Below are positions 40,579-53,933 of a stretch of 64,000 nt of DNA, piece by piece (the first letter of the stretch is position 1; each line of letters begins with the position of its first letter). The notes beneath the pieces were generated by a model. The model did not search any database and was not told the origin of the DNA. It saw nothing but the letters and a program-made list of their open reading frames with translations. Source of the stretch: Dehalococcoidia bacterium (GTDB lineage: Bacteria > Chloroflexota > Dehalococcoidia > Bin125). Location: positions 960,001 to 1,024,000 of the forward strand of contig OY820591.1 in assembly GCA_963555985.3 (NCBI GenBank), written 5' to 3'. Made by a program: the position numbers and the translations under genes.

Positions 40579-41865
40579 ATGCGAGACATGAAAACGGTGC
40601 GAATGCGGACGTTAATCCTCGTGTCAGCGCTCGTCGCTATCGTGGCGCTGGCCGTCGGGAGCCTCATGTTCGGAGGCGCAGATACCTCCCAGGCGGACGA
40701 GCACGCTTCCGCGAGCGAAGTCCGGGTTGCGACGCGGGCGCTTGAAGACGGGCGCGTCGAAGTCGCTGTCCAACAGCGCGCCGGCGGCGACTGGGGCGAG
40801 CGCCAACTCCCCGAAGCCCGCTTCCTCCCGCACGACGCCGAGGCCGGCGACTGGCATGTCTCCTCCCCGATTACCGCTCTGGCTTCATCCCAGCCGGAGA
40901 ACATCTTCACTGGCGACCTGCCGAACTTCGACGACGCCGTCCTGATTTGCGCGATCACCCATCAGCGCGAAGGCGACCAAGCCTTCTGGTCCACGGTCAA
41001 CCGCGGCATCATCAGTTGGGACCACGAACATCCTCAGGCGCGCGTCGACATTCGCAGCGGCGCCACCGCCGCCGAACAGTCGCAGCAGGTGCGCGAGTGC
41101 ATCGACAACGGCGCAGCCGCGATCGCCGTCACGCTGCCCGATCCGCAGGGACTGCGCGAGGCGCTCGATGAGGCCCACGAAGCCGGAATCCTGATCACGT
41201 CGTTCAACTCTGGCGTGCGCAGCTTCCGCGATCTCGGTTCGCTCCGCCATGTCAGCGTCGATGAGCTGACCGCCGGCCGTGTCGTTGGCGAACAGCTCAA
41301 CGAGCAAGGCGTCGCTGGTCTCGCGCTCTGCATCACCCACGAGCCAGCCAACATCGGCCTCAGCGAGCGCTGTGAGGGATTGGAAGAAACCTACGCCGGT
41401 GATGTGGAGCGGTTCTCGGTTGCCGACACCGGTACTGCCGATCTCGCAGCAACGGCCGACACGATCACGGCGCGGCTGCGCGATGAATCTCGGCCGATCG
41501 GCGCGGTCGTCGCCTTGAATGCCGTCGTCAGCCTGGCCGCGCGGGACGCCGTTGCTGCGGTCGGCTCCGACGCCGCCGTCGCAACCTTCGACCAGACACC
41601 CGATGTGCTCCAGGCCATCGTCGCCGGCGAGATCCTCTTCGCCATCAATACCCAGCCCTACAGTCAGGGCTACTACATCATGGCTTCCACATTCCACACC
41701 TGGACCGGCTGGAACGCGCTGCGGATCGACTACGGCGTCAATCCCGCGCACATCATCGGAACGTCGGTGTTCACCGTCGAAGCGAAACTGTACACAGCCG
41801 AGAATGCTGGAAGCCGCTTCACGCTTGGGCAAGGTCAGTCCGGCGGCGGCCGCCCGGGCGGCTAG
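40579..41865 (+). CDS. exported sugar-type periplasmic binding protein (class I) with shared N-terminal module
   Basis: Signal peptide; module aa 47-100; FWSTVNRG, IAVTLPD, SFNSG, ERCEG, TFD, INTQPYSQGY. Confidence 0.85.
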   Translation: MRDMKTVRMRTLILVSALVAIVALAVGSLMFGGADTSQADEHASASEVRVATRALEDGRVEVAVQQRAGGDWGERQLPEARFLPHDAEAGDWHVSSPITALASSQPENIFTGDLPNFDDAVLICAITHQREGDQAFWSTVNRGIISWDHEHPQARVDIRSGATAAEQSQQVRECIDNGAAAIAVTLPDPQGLREALDEAHEAGILITSFNSGVRSFRDLGSLRHVSVDELTAGRVVGEQLNEQGVAGLALCITHEPANIGLSERCEGLEETYAGDVERFSVADTGTADLAATADTITARLRDESRPIGAVVALNAVVSLAARDAVAAVGSDAAVATFDQTPDVLQAIVAGEILFAINTQPYSQGYYIMASTFHTWTGWNALRIDYGVNPAHIIGTSVFTVEAKLYTAENAGSRFTLGQGQSGGGRPGG

Positions 41866-41874
41866 GGCCTGAGT

Positions 41875-41932
41875 CCCCTCTCCCGTTGGGAGAGAGCCTG
41901 TCCCCGCGCAGGCGGGGAGCTAGGGTGCGGGT
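41875..41932. repeat. double-hairpin REP with nested insert
   Basis: ccctctcccgttgggagagag[cctgtccccgcgcaggcgggg]agctagggtgcggg; insert-free analogue at 60647-60682. Confidence 0.65.
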
Positions 41933-43041
41933 CCCCGTCGCGCGTCATCCTTCCAGGCGAGCACGCTCTGCAACAGCCCCAGACCAATGAACAGCATCAA
42001 CAGCGACGAATTGCCCGTGCTGATGAACGGCAGCGGAATCCCCGTCACCGGAATCAGACGCACGTTGATCGCGACATTGATGAACACCTGCACGGCGATG
42101 ATCGTGACCATCCCCACCGCCAGCAGCCGGCCCAGCGGCTCCGGCGCCTGGTTGATCACCCGCAGCATCCGTAAGAGCAAGAGCAAGAACAACGCGAACA
42201 ACGCCATCGCCCCGACGAAACCCAACTCCTCCCCCAAGACGCTGAAGATGAAGTCGGTCGTCTGAATCCGCACGAAATCCAGCTGGGTCTGCGTGCCTTC
42301 CGTGAGGCCTTGCCCCCACAGCCCGCCCGAACCGACCGAGGTCTCAGCCTGGATCACGTTGAAACCCGCCCCCTGCGGATCCGACTCCGGATCCAGAAAC
42401 GCGCGGATGCGGTCGCGCTGGTAGTCCTGCACCCCCGCCGCGAGTCCCACGGGCACCAGACAGAGGCCAATCGCCGCAAGCGCCGCATACTGCCGCAGCC
42501 GCACCCCAGCGAACAACGTCATCACGAACCAGATCGCGAGAAACACGACTGCCGATCCCGCATCCGGCTCAAGAAACACGAGCAGCGCCGGCAACGCCAC
42601 GATCGCCAGCGAAGCGAAGAAGATGCGCCACTCGTGCAGCCGGTCTCGGAAGTCGGTCAGGAACTTCGCCAGCCCGATCACCGTCATCAACTTGCCGATC
42701 TCGGAAGCCTGCACGACCGTGAATCCCAAATCGAACCAGCGCCGCGCCCCGAACTCGTCCGAACCCACGAACAGCACCGCCACCAACACGACGATGCCGA
42801 AGCCGTACGCGAGCCAACCGAGCGCGTCGATCAAGCGGTAATCGACCCGAGTCATCGCGATCATCAAGATCGCGCCCACGATCGCGAACGCAATATGCCG
42901 CTGGACGGCGCTGGAGAGCACCACACCTTCCGCCCCGCGCGGCAGCGAAGCCGAATAAATCACCAGCGCTCCATACCCGGCCAGCGCCAGCGCGCCGATC
43001 AGAATCAGTGGGTCGAAGTAGCGCCAGGAATGACCGACCAT
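41920..43041 (-). CDS. rodA: rod shape-determining protein RodA
   Basis: GARRWF, QASEIGK, EPDAGSA, YQRDRI, GSGGLWGQG, TDFIFSVLGEELGF, PVTGIPLPFIS. Confidence 0.93.
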   Translation of the reverse strand: MVGHSWRYFDPLILIGALALAGYGALVIYSASLPRGAEGVVLSSAVQRHIAFAIVGAILMIAMTRVDYRLIDALGWLAYGFGIVVLVAVLFVGSDEFGARRWFDLGFTVVQASEIGKLMTVIGLAKFLTDFRDRLHEWRIFFASLAIVALPALLVFLEPDAGSAVVFLAIWFVMTLFAGVRLRQYAALAAIGLCLVPVGLAAGVQDYQRDRIRAFLDPESDPQGAGFNVIQAETSVGSGGLWGQGLTEGTQTQLDFVRIQTTDFIFSVLGEELGFVGAMALFALFLLLLLRMLRVINQAPEPLGRLLAVGMVTIIAVQVFINVAINVRLIPVTGIPLPFISTGNSSLLMLFIGLGLLQSVLAWKDDARRGPAP

Positions 43042-43050
43042 CGCCAGACC

Positions 43051-45138
43051 TCAGTTCGACCGTGCCCGAATCGCCTCGGAGAGGCGCTGGTCTTCTTCCG
43101 CAGTCAGCGCGACCCGCGCATACGGCGGCGGCTCGGCGTTGAGGATCGCGCCGCTGCGCTCCGCCCATGCACGCAAAATCTCGCCGCCTGCGCTTGAGGC
43201 GAGATAGCCCGCCGAGAACTCAAAGAACACCGCAATCGCAATCTGCGGTTCCTCGAACGGAGCAAAAGCGATGTACCAGCCGTGCGTCGGACCCTCTTCC
43301 GCCCCGCTGACCGCCGTACCCGTTTGATTGAATTCCGCCGTCCCCGTCTTGCCCGCAGTCATCATCTCCGGCAGCGCCACCAGCGCGTCGTGACAGGTGC
43401 CCGCCAATAGACAGAGCGCCATCCCTTCGCGCACGATCCGCAGCACCTCCGGGTCGAGCTCGAGCCGCGCGCGAACGACCGGCTGCCAGGGCTGAACCGC
43501 ACGCCCGTCTCCGTCGCGTACCTCAAGCACGACCCGCGGCTCATACACCGTGCCCCCGTTCGCAATCGTGGCCGTCACCACCGCCATCTGCAGCGGTGTC
43601 ACCGACATAAACCCTTGGCCGATCGCCATGTTGTACGTATCCCCGTCGAACCATGGCTCGCCCAGCGACTCTAGTTTCTGCTCCGCAGTCGGAATCAGCC
43701 CGGAGACTTCTCCGGCCAGATCGATACCCGTCTCGCTGTCGAGCCCAAATGCGCGCGCCCACTTACCTAACGCCTCATGGCCCACGCCGTCAAATTCCAC
43801 ATCTCCGGCGATGATGCCCTCGTCGGCCAGCGCATCGAGCCGCGCCTGCTCCGATGGGTGGCGCGGCGGCTCATCGGGACGCCGGTAGGGATCGCCGCCG
43901 GCGGCGTAGTAGAAATAGACGTTGCTCGACTCGGACAGCGCCTGGCGCAGATCCAGAACCTGATTCTGCACCGTGTCGCCGAACAGATAGACGATGCCCG
44001 GAGACACGCGGTTGTGGACCTCAAGCACACCAGGCGTGTAGATCCGCGTCTCCGGCGTCAGCGTCCCTTCCGCAAGCGCGGCCGTGGCGGTCACGACTTT
44101 GAAGATCGAACCGGGCGGGTACTGGTCGGAAATCGCATGGTTGCGCAACGGCTGACCCGGATCCTCGATCAAGGCCGTCCACTCTTCCTCGCTCAGATCT
44201 TCGCTGTAGATATTGACGTCGTATGTCGGAATCGAGACCAACGCGAGCACCTGTCCCGTATTCACGTCGAGAACGACCGCAGCGGCGTAGCGCGATGCCC
44301 CCAGATGCGCCTCCAGGATCTCCTGCACACGCTGTTGGAGTTCAAGATCGATCGTCAGAACGATGCTCAGACCGGGTTCGGGAGGCGTTTCGTTCAGCAC
44401 CTCGAGCACGTTGCCGACTACATCGATCTCAACCTGCTGCCGTCCCGTCCGCCCCCGCAGTTGCGACTCATACGCAGCCTCCACACCGGTCTTGCCGATC
44501 CAGTCCGTGTAGAGATACCGCTCACCCTGCAACTCCTCGTACTCCTCCTGATTCAGACGCCCCACATAACCGAGAATCTGGCCCAGCAATGCCCCATGCG
44601 TGTACTTGCGAATCCCGACCGACTCGACCCGCACACCCGAAAGCTGCGCCCGCCTGCTGGTCAGATCGAACACCAGTGAGTCGGACGCTTCATCGCTGAT
44701 CACGATCGGAAAGAACGGGTCGTTGCTCCGCTTCCGCTGCCAGATCTGCTCCTCGATCTCCCAGGTTCTGAGGCTGAACAGCTCCGCTAGCTCCGCCGCC
44801 ACGCGCTCGACATCCTCGTCATCGATCTCGGCGGCAATCAACGTGATTCGATAAGCCGGCACATTCTCGACCAGAGGAGTTCCGTCGCGCGCGTAGATCA
44901 ACCCTCTGGTAGGCGCGAGATCGACGGTGCGGACGCGGTTGATCGCCGCTCGCGCGACATACTCGTCGTGCTGAAGAATCTGGAGCCGAACGAGCTGCAC
45001 AGTCAGAATCCCGAAGAGCAGCACGATGAAGCCGCCGAGCAGCCAAACCTTGGCTCGGTCCGAGCCGCCTTCCGGCGCTTCGCTCGAGCGCCGAAATCCG
45101 CGCATCGGTTGCAGCCGTCGATTGGGTTCCCGCGCCAT
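43051..45138 (-). CDS. mrdA: penicillin-binding protein 2
   Basis: RGLIYARDG, GKTGVE, PGSIFK (SxxK), SSNVYF (SxN), GKTGTAE. Confidence 0.93.
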   Translation of the reverse strand: MAREPNRRLQPMRGFRRSSEAPEGGSDRAKVWLLGGFIVLLFGILTVQLVRLQILQHDEYVARAAINRVRTVDLAPTRGLIYARDGTPLVENVPAYRITLIAAEIDDEDVERVAAELAELFSLRTWEIEEQIWQRKRSNDPFFPIVISDEASDSLVFDLTSRRAQLSGVRVESVGIRKYTHGALLGQILGYVGRLNQEEYEELQGERYLYTDWIGKTGVEAAYESQLRGRTGRQQVEIDVVGNVLEVLNETPPEPGLSIVLTIDLELQQRVQEILEAHLGASRYAAAVVLDVNTGQVLALVSIPTYDVNIYSEDLSEEEWTALIEDPGQPLRNHAISDQYPPGSIFKVVTATAALAEGTLTPETRIYTPGVLEVHNRVSPGIVYLFGDTVQNQVLDLRQALSESSNVYFYYAAGGDPYRRPDEPPRHPSEQARLDALADEGIIAGDVEFDGVGHEALGKWARAFGLDSETGIDLAGEVSGLIPTAEQKLESLGEPWFDGDTYNMAIGQGFMSVTPLQMAVVTATIANGGTVYEPRVVLEVRDGDGRAVQPWQPVVRARLELDPEVLRIVREGMALCLLAGTCHDALVALPEMMTAGKTGTAEFNQTGTAVSGAEEGPTHGWYIAFAPFEEPQIAIAVFFEFSAGYLASSAGGEILRAWAERSGAILNAEPPPYARVALTAEEDQRLSEAIRARSN

Positions 45139-45692
45139 CAGAACTCCGCCGCGCCGGCCGGTTCAAGCACATGCCTGCGCGTAGGCAGGCGCACGATCCA
45201 ATAGACGACCGCCCCGACCGCCATGTTCCCCAGCACCGCGCCTACCAACACACCGCTGATCGCATCAACCCAGTCCACCGATGTCGTCGTGAGTTCGACC
45301 GCAATCGCGTGAGCGATGAAGTGCAGCGCCGAACAGACCGCGATCACGCCGATCGTGACCAGCCACTCCCAAACCCAGGCGGTCGGCTCTGCGCGCAGGT
45401 GCAGGTCGCGCCCGCTGGATCGAGAACGTCCCGACCACCAGAACGCAGCCAACCCGATCGGGGTGAATGCGGCGACGCTCACCGCCAGCCCCTGATAGGC
45501 GAGCAGACCCATGCCAATGCCGGCAAGCGGGGTCAGCACCAGCACCTCTCGCGGCTCCCGCACGATCGCCCAGCAACAGAGCACTGCCAGCAGCAGGTGT
45601 GGCCCCACGCCGAAGATCGGGAAGGCTGGAGCCGTCGAGGTCTGGAAGATCACGAGCACGAACAGCCCGGCGAGCAACAGCGGCCACTTCAT
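45138..45692 (-). CDS. mreD: MreD
   Basis: Multi-TM protein between mreC and mrdA; IFGVGPHLLL. Confidence 0.75.
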   Translation of the reverse strand: MKWPLLLAGLFVLVIFQTSTAPAFPIFGVGPHLLLAVLCCWAIVREPREVLVLTPLAGIGMGLLAYQGLAVSVAAFTPIGLAAFWWSGRSRSSGRDLHLRAEPTAWVWEWLVTIGVIAVCSALHFIAHAIAVELTTTSVDWVDAISGVLVGAVLGNMAVGAVVYWIVRLPTRRHVLEPAGAAEF

Positions 45693-46588
45693 GGTGCAGC
45701 GACTCCGTCCTCCGGTGTCGCGTCGAGCGCGGTCTCCTCCTCTCCGTAGGTCAGATCAGGCGGCGGAATCGTCAGCTGAATCAACACTTGCTCTAGTTGG
45801 TCGAGCGGAGCTAACGGCTGCAACCGCACATGCCGAAAAGCATCCTGCACGGTGCCTTCGGCGGCTGACGCGCGGCCCACCGGCAGACCCTGCGGCAGCA
45901 GGCCGTCAAGTCCGGAGGTGACGAAGACGTGCCCCAGTTCCACCTCGGCCGTCCAGGGAATTTCCACGTCCAGGTTGCCCTGGGCGTCTCCGCTGGCGAC
46001 CGTTTCAATCCGACTCTGCTGGTGCAGGACGCGAACGGCGCTGTCGGGATCGGTGATCAGGCGCACGAAGCTGGAACGGGAGCGCACGTCGATCACGATC
46101 CCGACCAGCGTGCCCCCGGCGGCGATCACAGGCAGGCCCACACGCACGCCGTCATCGCTGCCGCGATCAAGTCCCACAATCGTGCGCAGGCCGGTAAGGT
46201 CGCGCGTAATCACGTTCGCCGTCAGCAGCACGGCGTCCGCTTCGGCCTGCACCTGGAGCAGTTCCTGGCGTCCGCGTACCTGGATCTGCTGCTCGCGCAG
46301 GCGCGCATTCTCGGCCTCCAACTGTTCGATCCGGCTGCGGAGGGCGTGGTTCTCGCTCTCCAGACGGCCGAAGTCGTCCACTTCGGCAAGGAGATTCGAG
46401 ATCGGCTCTCCAACTTGCCGGAACGCCCGCTGCACGGGTCCCAGCGTTGATGAGGCGGCGTCCTCAACCGACGCGGCCCAGCCCGCGAGCGCCGCCAGCG
46501 CCAGCACGAGCGCCAACGCCGCCATCGCCAGCGTCCAGCGAATATGCCGCCCCATCCAGCCGAACCATGATCCCATCAGCGCCTCCAC
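45689..46588 (-). CDS. mreC: MreC
   Basis: TM, coiled coil (LEAENARLRE), LDRGSDDGV, LVGIV, LITD, TSGLDG..PQGLPVG. Confidence 0.9.
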   Translation of the reverse strand: MEALMGSWFGWMGRHIRWTLAMAALALVLALAALAGWAASVEDAASSTLGPVQRAFRQVGEPISNLLAEVDDFGRLESENHALRSRIEQLEAENARLREQQIQVRGRQELLQVQAEADAVLLTANVITRDLTGLRTIVGLDRGSDDGVRVGLPVIAAGGTLVGIVIDVRSRSSFVRLITDPDSAVRVLHQQSRIETVASGDAQGNLDVEIPWTAEVELGHVFVTSGLDGLLPQGLPVGRASAAEGTVQDAFRHVRLQPLAPLDQLEQVLIQLTIPPPDLTYGEEETALDATPEDGVAAP

Positions 46589-46623
46589 ACCCAGCCCGCC
46601 TAGCCGATCCGGCCGGCAATCGG

Positions 46624-47682
46624 CTAGCGCCGATCAGACCCCGGCTGTGTCCGCATTCCCGCCAAATTGTGCGTCTCCAACAGCGCTTCGGTGCAGCCCC
46701 GCACCACGCAGGTGAGCGGCGAATCGGCCACATAAACCGGGAACTTCGTCTCCTGCGACAACCGTCGATCCAGGCCGGGCAGCAGCGCACCGCCGCCTGC
46801 GAGCGCGATCCCCTGTTCCATCATGTCGGAGATCAGCTCCGGGGGCGTGGTCTCGAGCGTCTTGCGCACGGATTCCACAATTGCCGCCACCGAACCGATG
46901 ATGGCATCGCGTAGCTCGACCGTAGTCACTTTCACTGTCTTCGGCAGCGACGTGGAGAGATCGCGACCGCGCAACTCGACCTCCCGCTCCCGCTCCAGCG
47001 GGAAGGCGGAGGCCCCGTTGAGCTTGATCTGTTCCGCCGTCGCTTCGCCAATCTGCATGTTGTGCACCTGGCGGGCGTAAGTCATGATCTCCTGATCGAT
47101 CTCATCGCCCGCAACCCGCGTCGACGTGCTCACCACCATCCCACCCATCGAACAGACCGCCACCTCAGTCGTGCCGCCGCCAATATCGACGACAATGCTG
47201 CCCCGCGACTCGAAGATCGGTAGTCCGGCCCCGATCGCCGCCGCCATCGGCTCCTCGATCAGATGCACCTCTCGAGCCCCGGTGTTGCGAGTCGCCTCGT
47301 AGATCGCGCGCTTCTCCACCTCCGTCGCGCCGCCCGGGATACCGACCATCACCCGCGGTCGCGGAATCCCTCGCCCCGCGCGCTCGTGCGCGGCGTGAAT
47401 GAAATGACTGAGCATCCGCTCAGTCACGTCAAAATCCGAGATTACCCCGTCGCGCAACGGTCGGACCGCGACGATATGCGCCGGTGTGCGCCCGACCATC
47501 GTCTTCGCTTGTGCGCCAATCGCCAGCACGCGCCGATTGAGCTGGTCAATCGCAACAACCGACGGTTCGTTGATCACGATCCCCCGCCCGCGCACGGCCA
47601 CGAGCGTGTTCGCGGTACCCAAATCAATCCCGATGTCGTGGGAAAATCGTCTCGCCAACCAGTTCAGCGGAGACCAGACCAT
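46624..47682 (-). CDS. mreB: MreB
   Basis: IGIDLGTANT, NEPSVVA, IEEPMAAAIGAGLP, DIGGGTTEVA, GGGALL. Confidence 0.96.
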   Translation of the reverse strand: MVWSPLNWLARRFSHDIGIDLGTANTLVAVRGRGIVINEPSVVAIDQLNRRVLAIGAQAKTMVGRTPAHIVAVRPLRDGVISDFDVTERMLSHFIHAAHERAGRGIPRPRVMVGIPGGATEVEKRAIYEATRNTGAREVHLIEEPMAAAIGAGLPIFESRGSIVVDIGGGTTEVAVCSMGGMVVSTSTRVAGDEIDQEIMTYARQVHNMQIGEATAEQIKLNGASAFPLEREREVELRGRDLSTSLPKTVKVTTVELRDAIIGSVAAIVESVRKTLETTPPELISDMMEQGIALAGGGALLPGLDRRLSQETKFPVYVADSPLTCVVRGCTEALLETHNLAGMRTQPGSDRR

Positions 47683-47938
47683 GCATGATCCCATTTGCCG
47701 ACGGCGCTCCGCGCGGGAACGCAGCGTGAGAAGCCGCCAATCCAAGGTTGGCGTTCATTGGCTGCACCTAGCCTACCGCGCCGTCCCAATTCCAGTAGCG
47801 CGCAGTGTCGATTACGTCCGCTGATCCGCACCGGATTTCCTCCCATTCCGTCATACCCGCGCTCCGCCCGAGAATGACGGAATCATGGCGAGAATGTCGA
47901 TCCGAGGTGGTTCGTCTGGTACCCGAATGGAACAGGCT

Positions 47939-50233
<2,295 letters not shown>

Positions 50234-50235
50234 TC

Positions 50236-50889
50236 ATGCCGGATGCAGATTCCCACATGTTGAGTGAACTCAACGTCATCATCCTCGACTATGGCGCGGG
50301 CAATCTGCGCTCAGTCGTCCGCGCCGTCGAACGTGTCGGTGCCAGGTCCGAAGTGGCCTCGGTACCGGCTGCGCTTGATGAAGCCGATGTCGTCATCCTC
50401 CCAGGCGTCGGCGCCGCCGCCGATACGATGCACAATCTCCGCGAACTCAGATTGGTCGAGCCGATCCGCGAGTACATCGAAGCCGAACGCCCCTTCCTTG
50501 GCGTCTGCATGGGCCTGCAAGCGCTGATGACCATCTCCGAAGAAGGCGGCGAACACCCCTGTCTGGACATCCTCCCCGGACGCGTCGTGCGCCTGCCCGA
50601 AGGCCGCAAGATCCCGCACATGGGCTGGAACCGGCTCGTCCCCCAACGCGAAAGCCGGCTCCTGGATAGCATCCCCGCGGACGCGCACTTCTACTTTGTT
50701 CACTCCTACCACTGCGCCATGGACGATCCGGGCGATATCGTCGCCACCGCCGATTACGGCGCAGACGTAACCGCCCTGGTCGAACGAGGACGCCTCGCGG
50801 CGACCCAGTTCCACCCCGAAAAGAGCGGCGCCTACGGGCTTCGCATCTATCGCAACTTTCTCCGAACCCACGCCGGAGCGCAGACGTGA
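50236..50889 (+). CDS. hisH: IGP synthase glutaminase subunit
   Basis: DYGAGNLRSV, LPGVG, LGVCMG, PHMGWN, YFVHSY, QFHPEKSG. Confidence 0.96.
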   Translation: MPDADSHMLSELNVIILDYGAGNLRSVVRAVERVGARSEVASVPAALDEADVVILPGVGAAADTMHNLRELRLVEPIREYIEAERPFLGVCMGLQALMTISEEGGEHPCLDILPGRVVRLPEGRKIPHMGWNRLVPQRESRLLDSIPADAHFYFVHSYHCAMDDPGDIVATADYGADVTALVERGRLAATQFHPEKSGAYGLRIYRNFLRTHAGAQT

Positions 50890-51623
50890 TCGACGTACTC
50901 CCCGCGATTGACATTCGAGGCGGCCGCTGCGTGCGTCTGGTTCAGGGCGACTACGAGCGCGAGACCGTCTTCGACGATGACCCGATAAGCGCCGCCCAAC
51001 GCTGGATCGACGAGGGCGCGGCGATGCTGCACGTCATCGATCTCGACGGCGCGCGTGAGGGTCGGGCCGCAAACGCCGACGCCGTAGAGCGCATTGCGAC
51101 GCTGGGTGTTCCGGTCCAGGTCGGCGGCGGGATTCGCGATCTCGAGACCGTCAGCCGTTATCAGGACGCCGGACTGGCGCGGATCATCGTTGGCACAGCC
51201 GCCGTGACCGACCGCAACTTCCTCGCCGACGCAATCGCTCGCTGCGGCTCGGCGCTAACCGTCTCCGTCGATGCGCGCGGCGGCCGGGTCGCGCTTGAAG
51301 GTTGGACATCAACCAGCGAAATCTACGCCGTCGCGTTGATTCCCGAGCTGGAAGACGCCGGTGTCAAGCGCTTCATCTACACCGACATCGCCAGCGACGG
51401 GATGCTCGGCGGACACGACGAAGCCGCCTTCAAGCGGCTCGCGAATGTTGCCCGCGCGCCTGTAATCGCTGCCGGCGGCATCGCACATCCCATGCAAATC
51501 CGCCGGCTGGCTGCGAGCGGTGCAGCGGGCGTCGTCTTGGGCCGCGCCCTTTACGACGGCCGGCTCCGCCTAGAGGAGGCATTCGCCGCCGCCGAACGCG
51601 GGATGCGGGAGCGCACATGCTGA
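50886..51623 (+). CDS. hisA: ProFAR isomerase
   Basis: [43 protein letters not shown]. Confidence 0.96.
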   Translation: MIDVLPAIDIRGGRCVRLVQGDYERETVFDDDPISAAQRWIDEGAAMLHVIDLDGAREGRAANADAVERIATLGVPVQVGGGIRDLETVSRYQDAGLARIIVGTAAVTDRNFLADAIARCGSALTVSVDARGGRVALEGWTSTSEIYAVALIPELEDAGVKRFIYTDIASDGMLGGHDEAAFKRLANVARAPVIAAGGIAHPMQIRRLAASGAAGVVLGRALYDGRLRLEEAFAAAERGMRERTC

Positions 51624-52402
51624 CCAAACGCATCATCGCCTGCTTCGACGTCGATCAGGGCCGCGTCGTCAAAGGCATCTCCTTCGTCGAGCTGCGCGAC
51701 GCCGGAGATCCGGTCGAACTCGCCGCCCTCTACGACCACGAAGGCGTCGACGAACTGGTCTTCCTCGATATCACCGCCTCCCACGAAGACCGCAACACAG
51801 TCGTAGATATGGTCCGTCGCACCGCCGATCGTGTCTTCATTCCTTTCACAGTCGGAGGCGGAATCCGCTCCACCGAGGACATGCGCTTGATGCTCGAATC
51901 CGGCGCGGACAAAGTCAGCATCAACACTGCCGCCGTGCAACGCCCCGAGCTGATTGCCGAAGGCGCGCACCGCTTCGGTTCGCAGTGCATCGTCGTCGCC
52001 ATCGACGCCCGCACCGAACCCAACGGCGCCATGCAGGTTTACACCCATGGAGGCCGTCGCCCAACTGGGATGGACGCCATCGCCTGGGCGCGAGAAGTAG
52101 TGGAGCGCGGCGCCGGCGAGATCATGCTCACCTCGATGAACACCGACGGACATCAGGACGGCTACGACCTCCCCCTCACGCGCGCCGTCTCGGACGCGGT
52201 CTCGGTACCCGTGATCGCCTCCGGCGGAGCCGGCAACGCCCAGCACATGATCGACGCGATCACCCAGGGCCGCGCCGACGCTGTACTCGCCGCCTCAATC
52301 TTCCACTTCGGCACCCACCCGATCATGAACGTCAAGCAACAGATGCACGCTGCCGGCATCCCGATCCGAATGGAACACGCCGACTATGACGACGTCCTCT
52401 GA
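51617..52402 (+). CDS. hisF: IGP synthase cyclase subunit
   Basis: [46 protein letters not shown]. Confidence 0.97.
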   Translation: MLTKRIIACFDVDQGRVVKGISFVELRDAGDPVELAALYDHEGVDELVFLDITASHEDRNTVVDMVRRTADRVFIPFTVGGGIRSTEDMRLMLESGADKVSINTAAVQRPELIAEGAHRFGSQCIVVAIDARTEPNGAMQVYTHGGRRPTGMDAIAWAREVVERGAGEIMLTSMNTDGHQDGYDLPLTRAVSDAVSVPVIASGGAGNAQHMIDAITQGRADAVLAASIFHFGTHPIMNVKQQMHAAGIPIRMEHADYDDVL

Positions 52403-52730
52403 CACTCCCGCGCTGCCCCAACTCAAGTACGACGCCAACGGCCTAGTCCCGGCCATTATCCAAGACGACGCCACCAACGAAATCCTGATGCTCGGCTACA
52501 TGAACGCCGAATCCGTCCGAATGACCCTGGACAAACAGCTAGTCACATTCTGGAGCCGCAGCCGCCGGGAATTCTGGACCAAAGGCGAGACCAGCGGAAA
52601 CGTCCTCCGCCTGATCAGCATTCGCAAAGACTGCGACGTCGACGCCCTACTCGTGCGCGCCCAGCCCGCCGGCCCCACCTGCCATACCGGCAACCAGTCC
52701 TGCTTCTACCGCGATTTGTTCGAGGACTAG
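52386..52730 (+). CDS. hisI: phosphoribosyl-AMP cyclohydrolase
   Basis: [35 protein letters not shown]. Confidence 0.96.
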   Translation: MTTSSDTPALPQLKYDANGLVPAIIQDDATNEILMLGYMNAESVRMTLDKQLVTFWSRSRREFWTKGETSGNVLRLISIRKDCDVDALLVRAQPAGPTCHTGNQSCFYRDLFED

Positions 52731-52737
52731 ATCATTC

Positions 52738-52792
52738 CGTCATACCCGCGCTTGCCGCGGGTATCTCGCCGCGTTCTGCACCATCGTCGCTG
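52738..52792. repeat. CGTC-type REP (CGTCATACCCGCGCTTGCCGCGGGTATC) plus partial spacer
   Basis: Matches 58012-58039 and 63019-63046. Confidence 0.75.
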
Positions 52793-52827
52793 ATTGGTAC
52801 ACCCGCAACGACCAACCTGAACGAACC

Positions 52828-53043
52828 CTAGCTCGCCTCTTCCTCAGAGATCCCATACCGCCGACGGAACCGCTCCACACGCCCCGCCGTGTCCACGATC
52901 CGTTGCTCACCCGTAAAGAACGGGTGGCACTGCGAGCAAATCTCAATCCGGATGTCCGCCTTGGTCGCCCGCGTCGGCCAAGAGTTGCCGCAGCCGCAGG
53001 TAATCGTCGCGTCGATGTACTCGGGGTGAATCTCTGCCCTCAC
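52828..53043 (-). CDS. rpmE: 50S ribosomal protein L31 (Zn-binding type)
   Basis: [25 protein letters not shown]. Confidence 0.96.
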   Translation of the reverse strand: MRAEIHPEYIDATITCGCGNSWPTRATKADIRIEICSQCHPFFTGEQRIVDTAGRVERFRRRYGISEEEAS

Positions 53044-53309
53044 GCCGATCCCTCCACCGGAATCACGCTGACCTTCTTGCGCCGCCCGCGAGCATAGGGC
53101 GAGAACTTGACCGTGCCATCCGCGAGCGCGAACAGCGTGTGATCGCGCCCCACGCCCACCTGATCGCCCGCGTGAATCCGAGTCCCCCGCTGGCGCACGA
53201 TGATACCGCCGGTGCGCACAAACTGCCCGTCGTACAGCTTGACGCCCAAGCGCTTGGAGTTGCTGTCACGCCCATTGCGGGACGATCCGACGCCCTTCTT
53301 GTGTGCCAT
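53040..53309 (-). CDS. rpmA: 50S ribosomal protein L27
   Basis: [24 protein letters not shown]. Confidence 0.97.
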   Translation of the reverse strand: MAHKKGVGSSRNGRDSNSKRLGVKLYDGQFVRTGGIIVRQRGTRIHAGDQVGVGRDHTLFALADGTVKFSPYARGRRKKVSVIPVEGSA

Positions 53310-53319
53310 CGGATGCTCC

Positions 53320-53820
53320 TCAGTCCTCTGATTCAGCCGCGTCGGTCTCGTCGCCCGCGGCCTCGATCTCGTCGTCGACCTCATCGACGGCGGTGTCGTC
53401 GTCGCTCGCCAGCTCTTCGGCAGGCTCCTCAACGATTGCTTCCGCGACAGGCTCCGCGGCCTCCGCGACCCAACTTTGCTCGCCCAGCGTCAACTCGTCG
53501 ATCCGCAACTGCGTCTCATACTGTCGATGTCCACGCAAGCGGCGGTAGCGGGTCTTGTTCTTGTACTTGAAGACGGCAATCTTGCGACCGCGGCGCTGAT
53601 CCGTGATCTCCGCGCTCACGCTCGCGTCCGCGACGGTCGGCGAACCAACCGCCACCGCACCGTCGTCGCCCCGCATCATCAAGACCTGATCGAAGGTCAC
53701 GCGGTCGCCCGCAGCCCCATCCAATCGCTCAACTACGAGCCGCTGACCCGGCTTCACTCGATACTGCTTGCCGCCGGTGCGGATCACCGCATAAGCGTCG
53801 GCCGAAGGTGTGCTGCTCAT
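53320..53820 (-). CDS. rplU: 50S ribosomal protein L21 with acidic C-terminal extension
   Basis: [29 protein letters not shown]. Confidence 0.96.
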   Translation of the reverse strand: MSSTPSADAYAVIRTGGKQYRVKPGQRLVVERLDGAAGDRVTFDQVLMMRGDDGAVAVGSPTVADASVSAEITDQRRGRKIAVFKYKNKTRYRRLRGHRQYETQLRIDELTLGEQSWVAEAAEPVAEAIVEEPAEELASDDDTAVDEVDDEIEAAGDETDAAESED

Positions 53821-53933
53821 CGTCGTCTCGTTGATTGGGTAGGTGAGCTACGTGTGATCTCAGCCTAGAGCGCGGCTTGGCTCGGTCAAGCCGCGCAGCC
53901 GAGGGTCGGTAGAGCCGGTTACGTTGACGCGAC

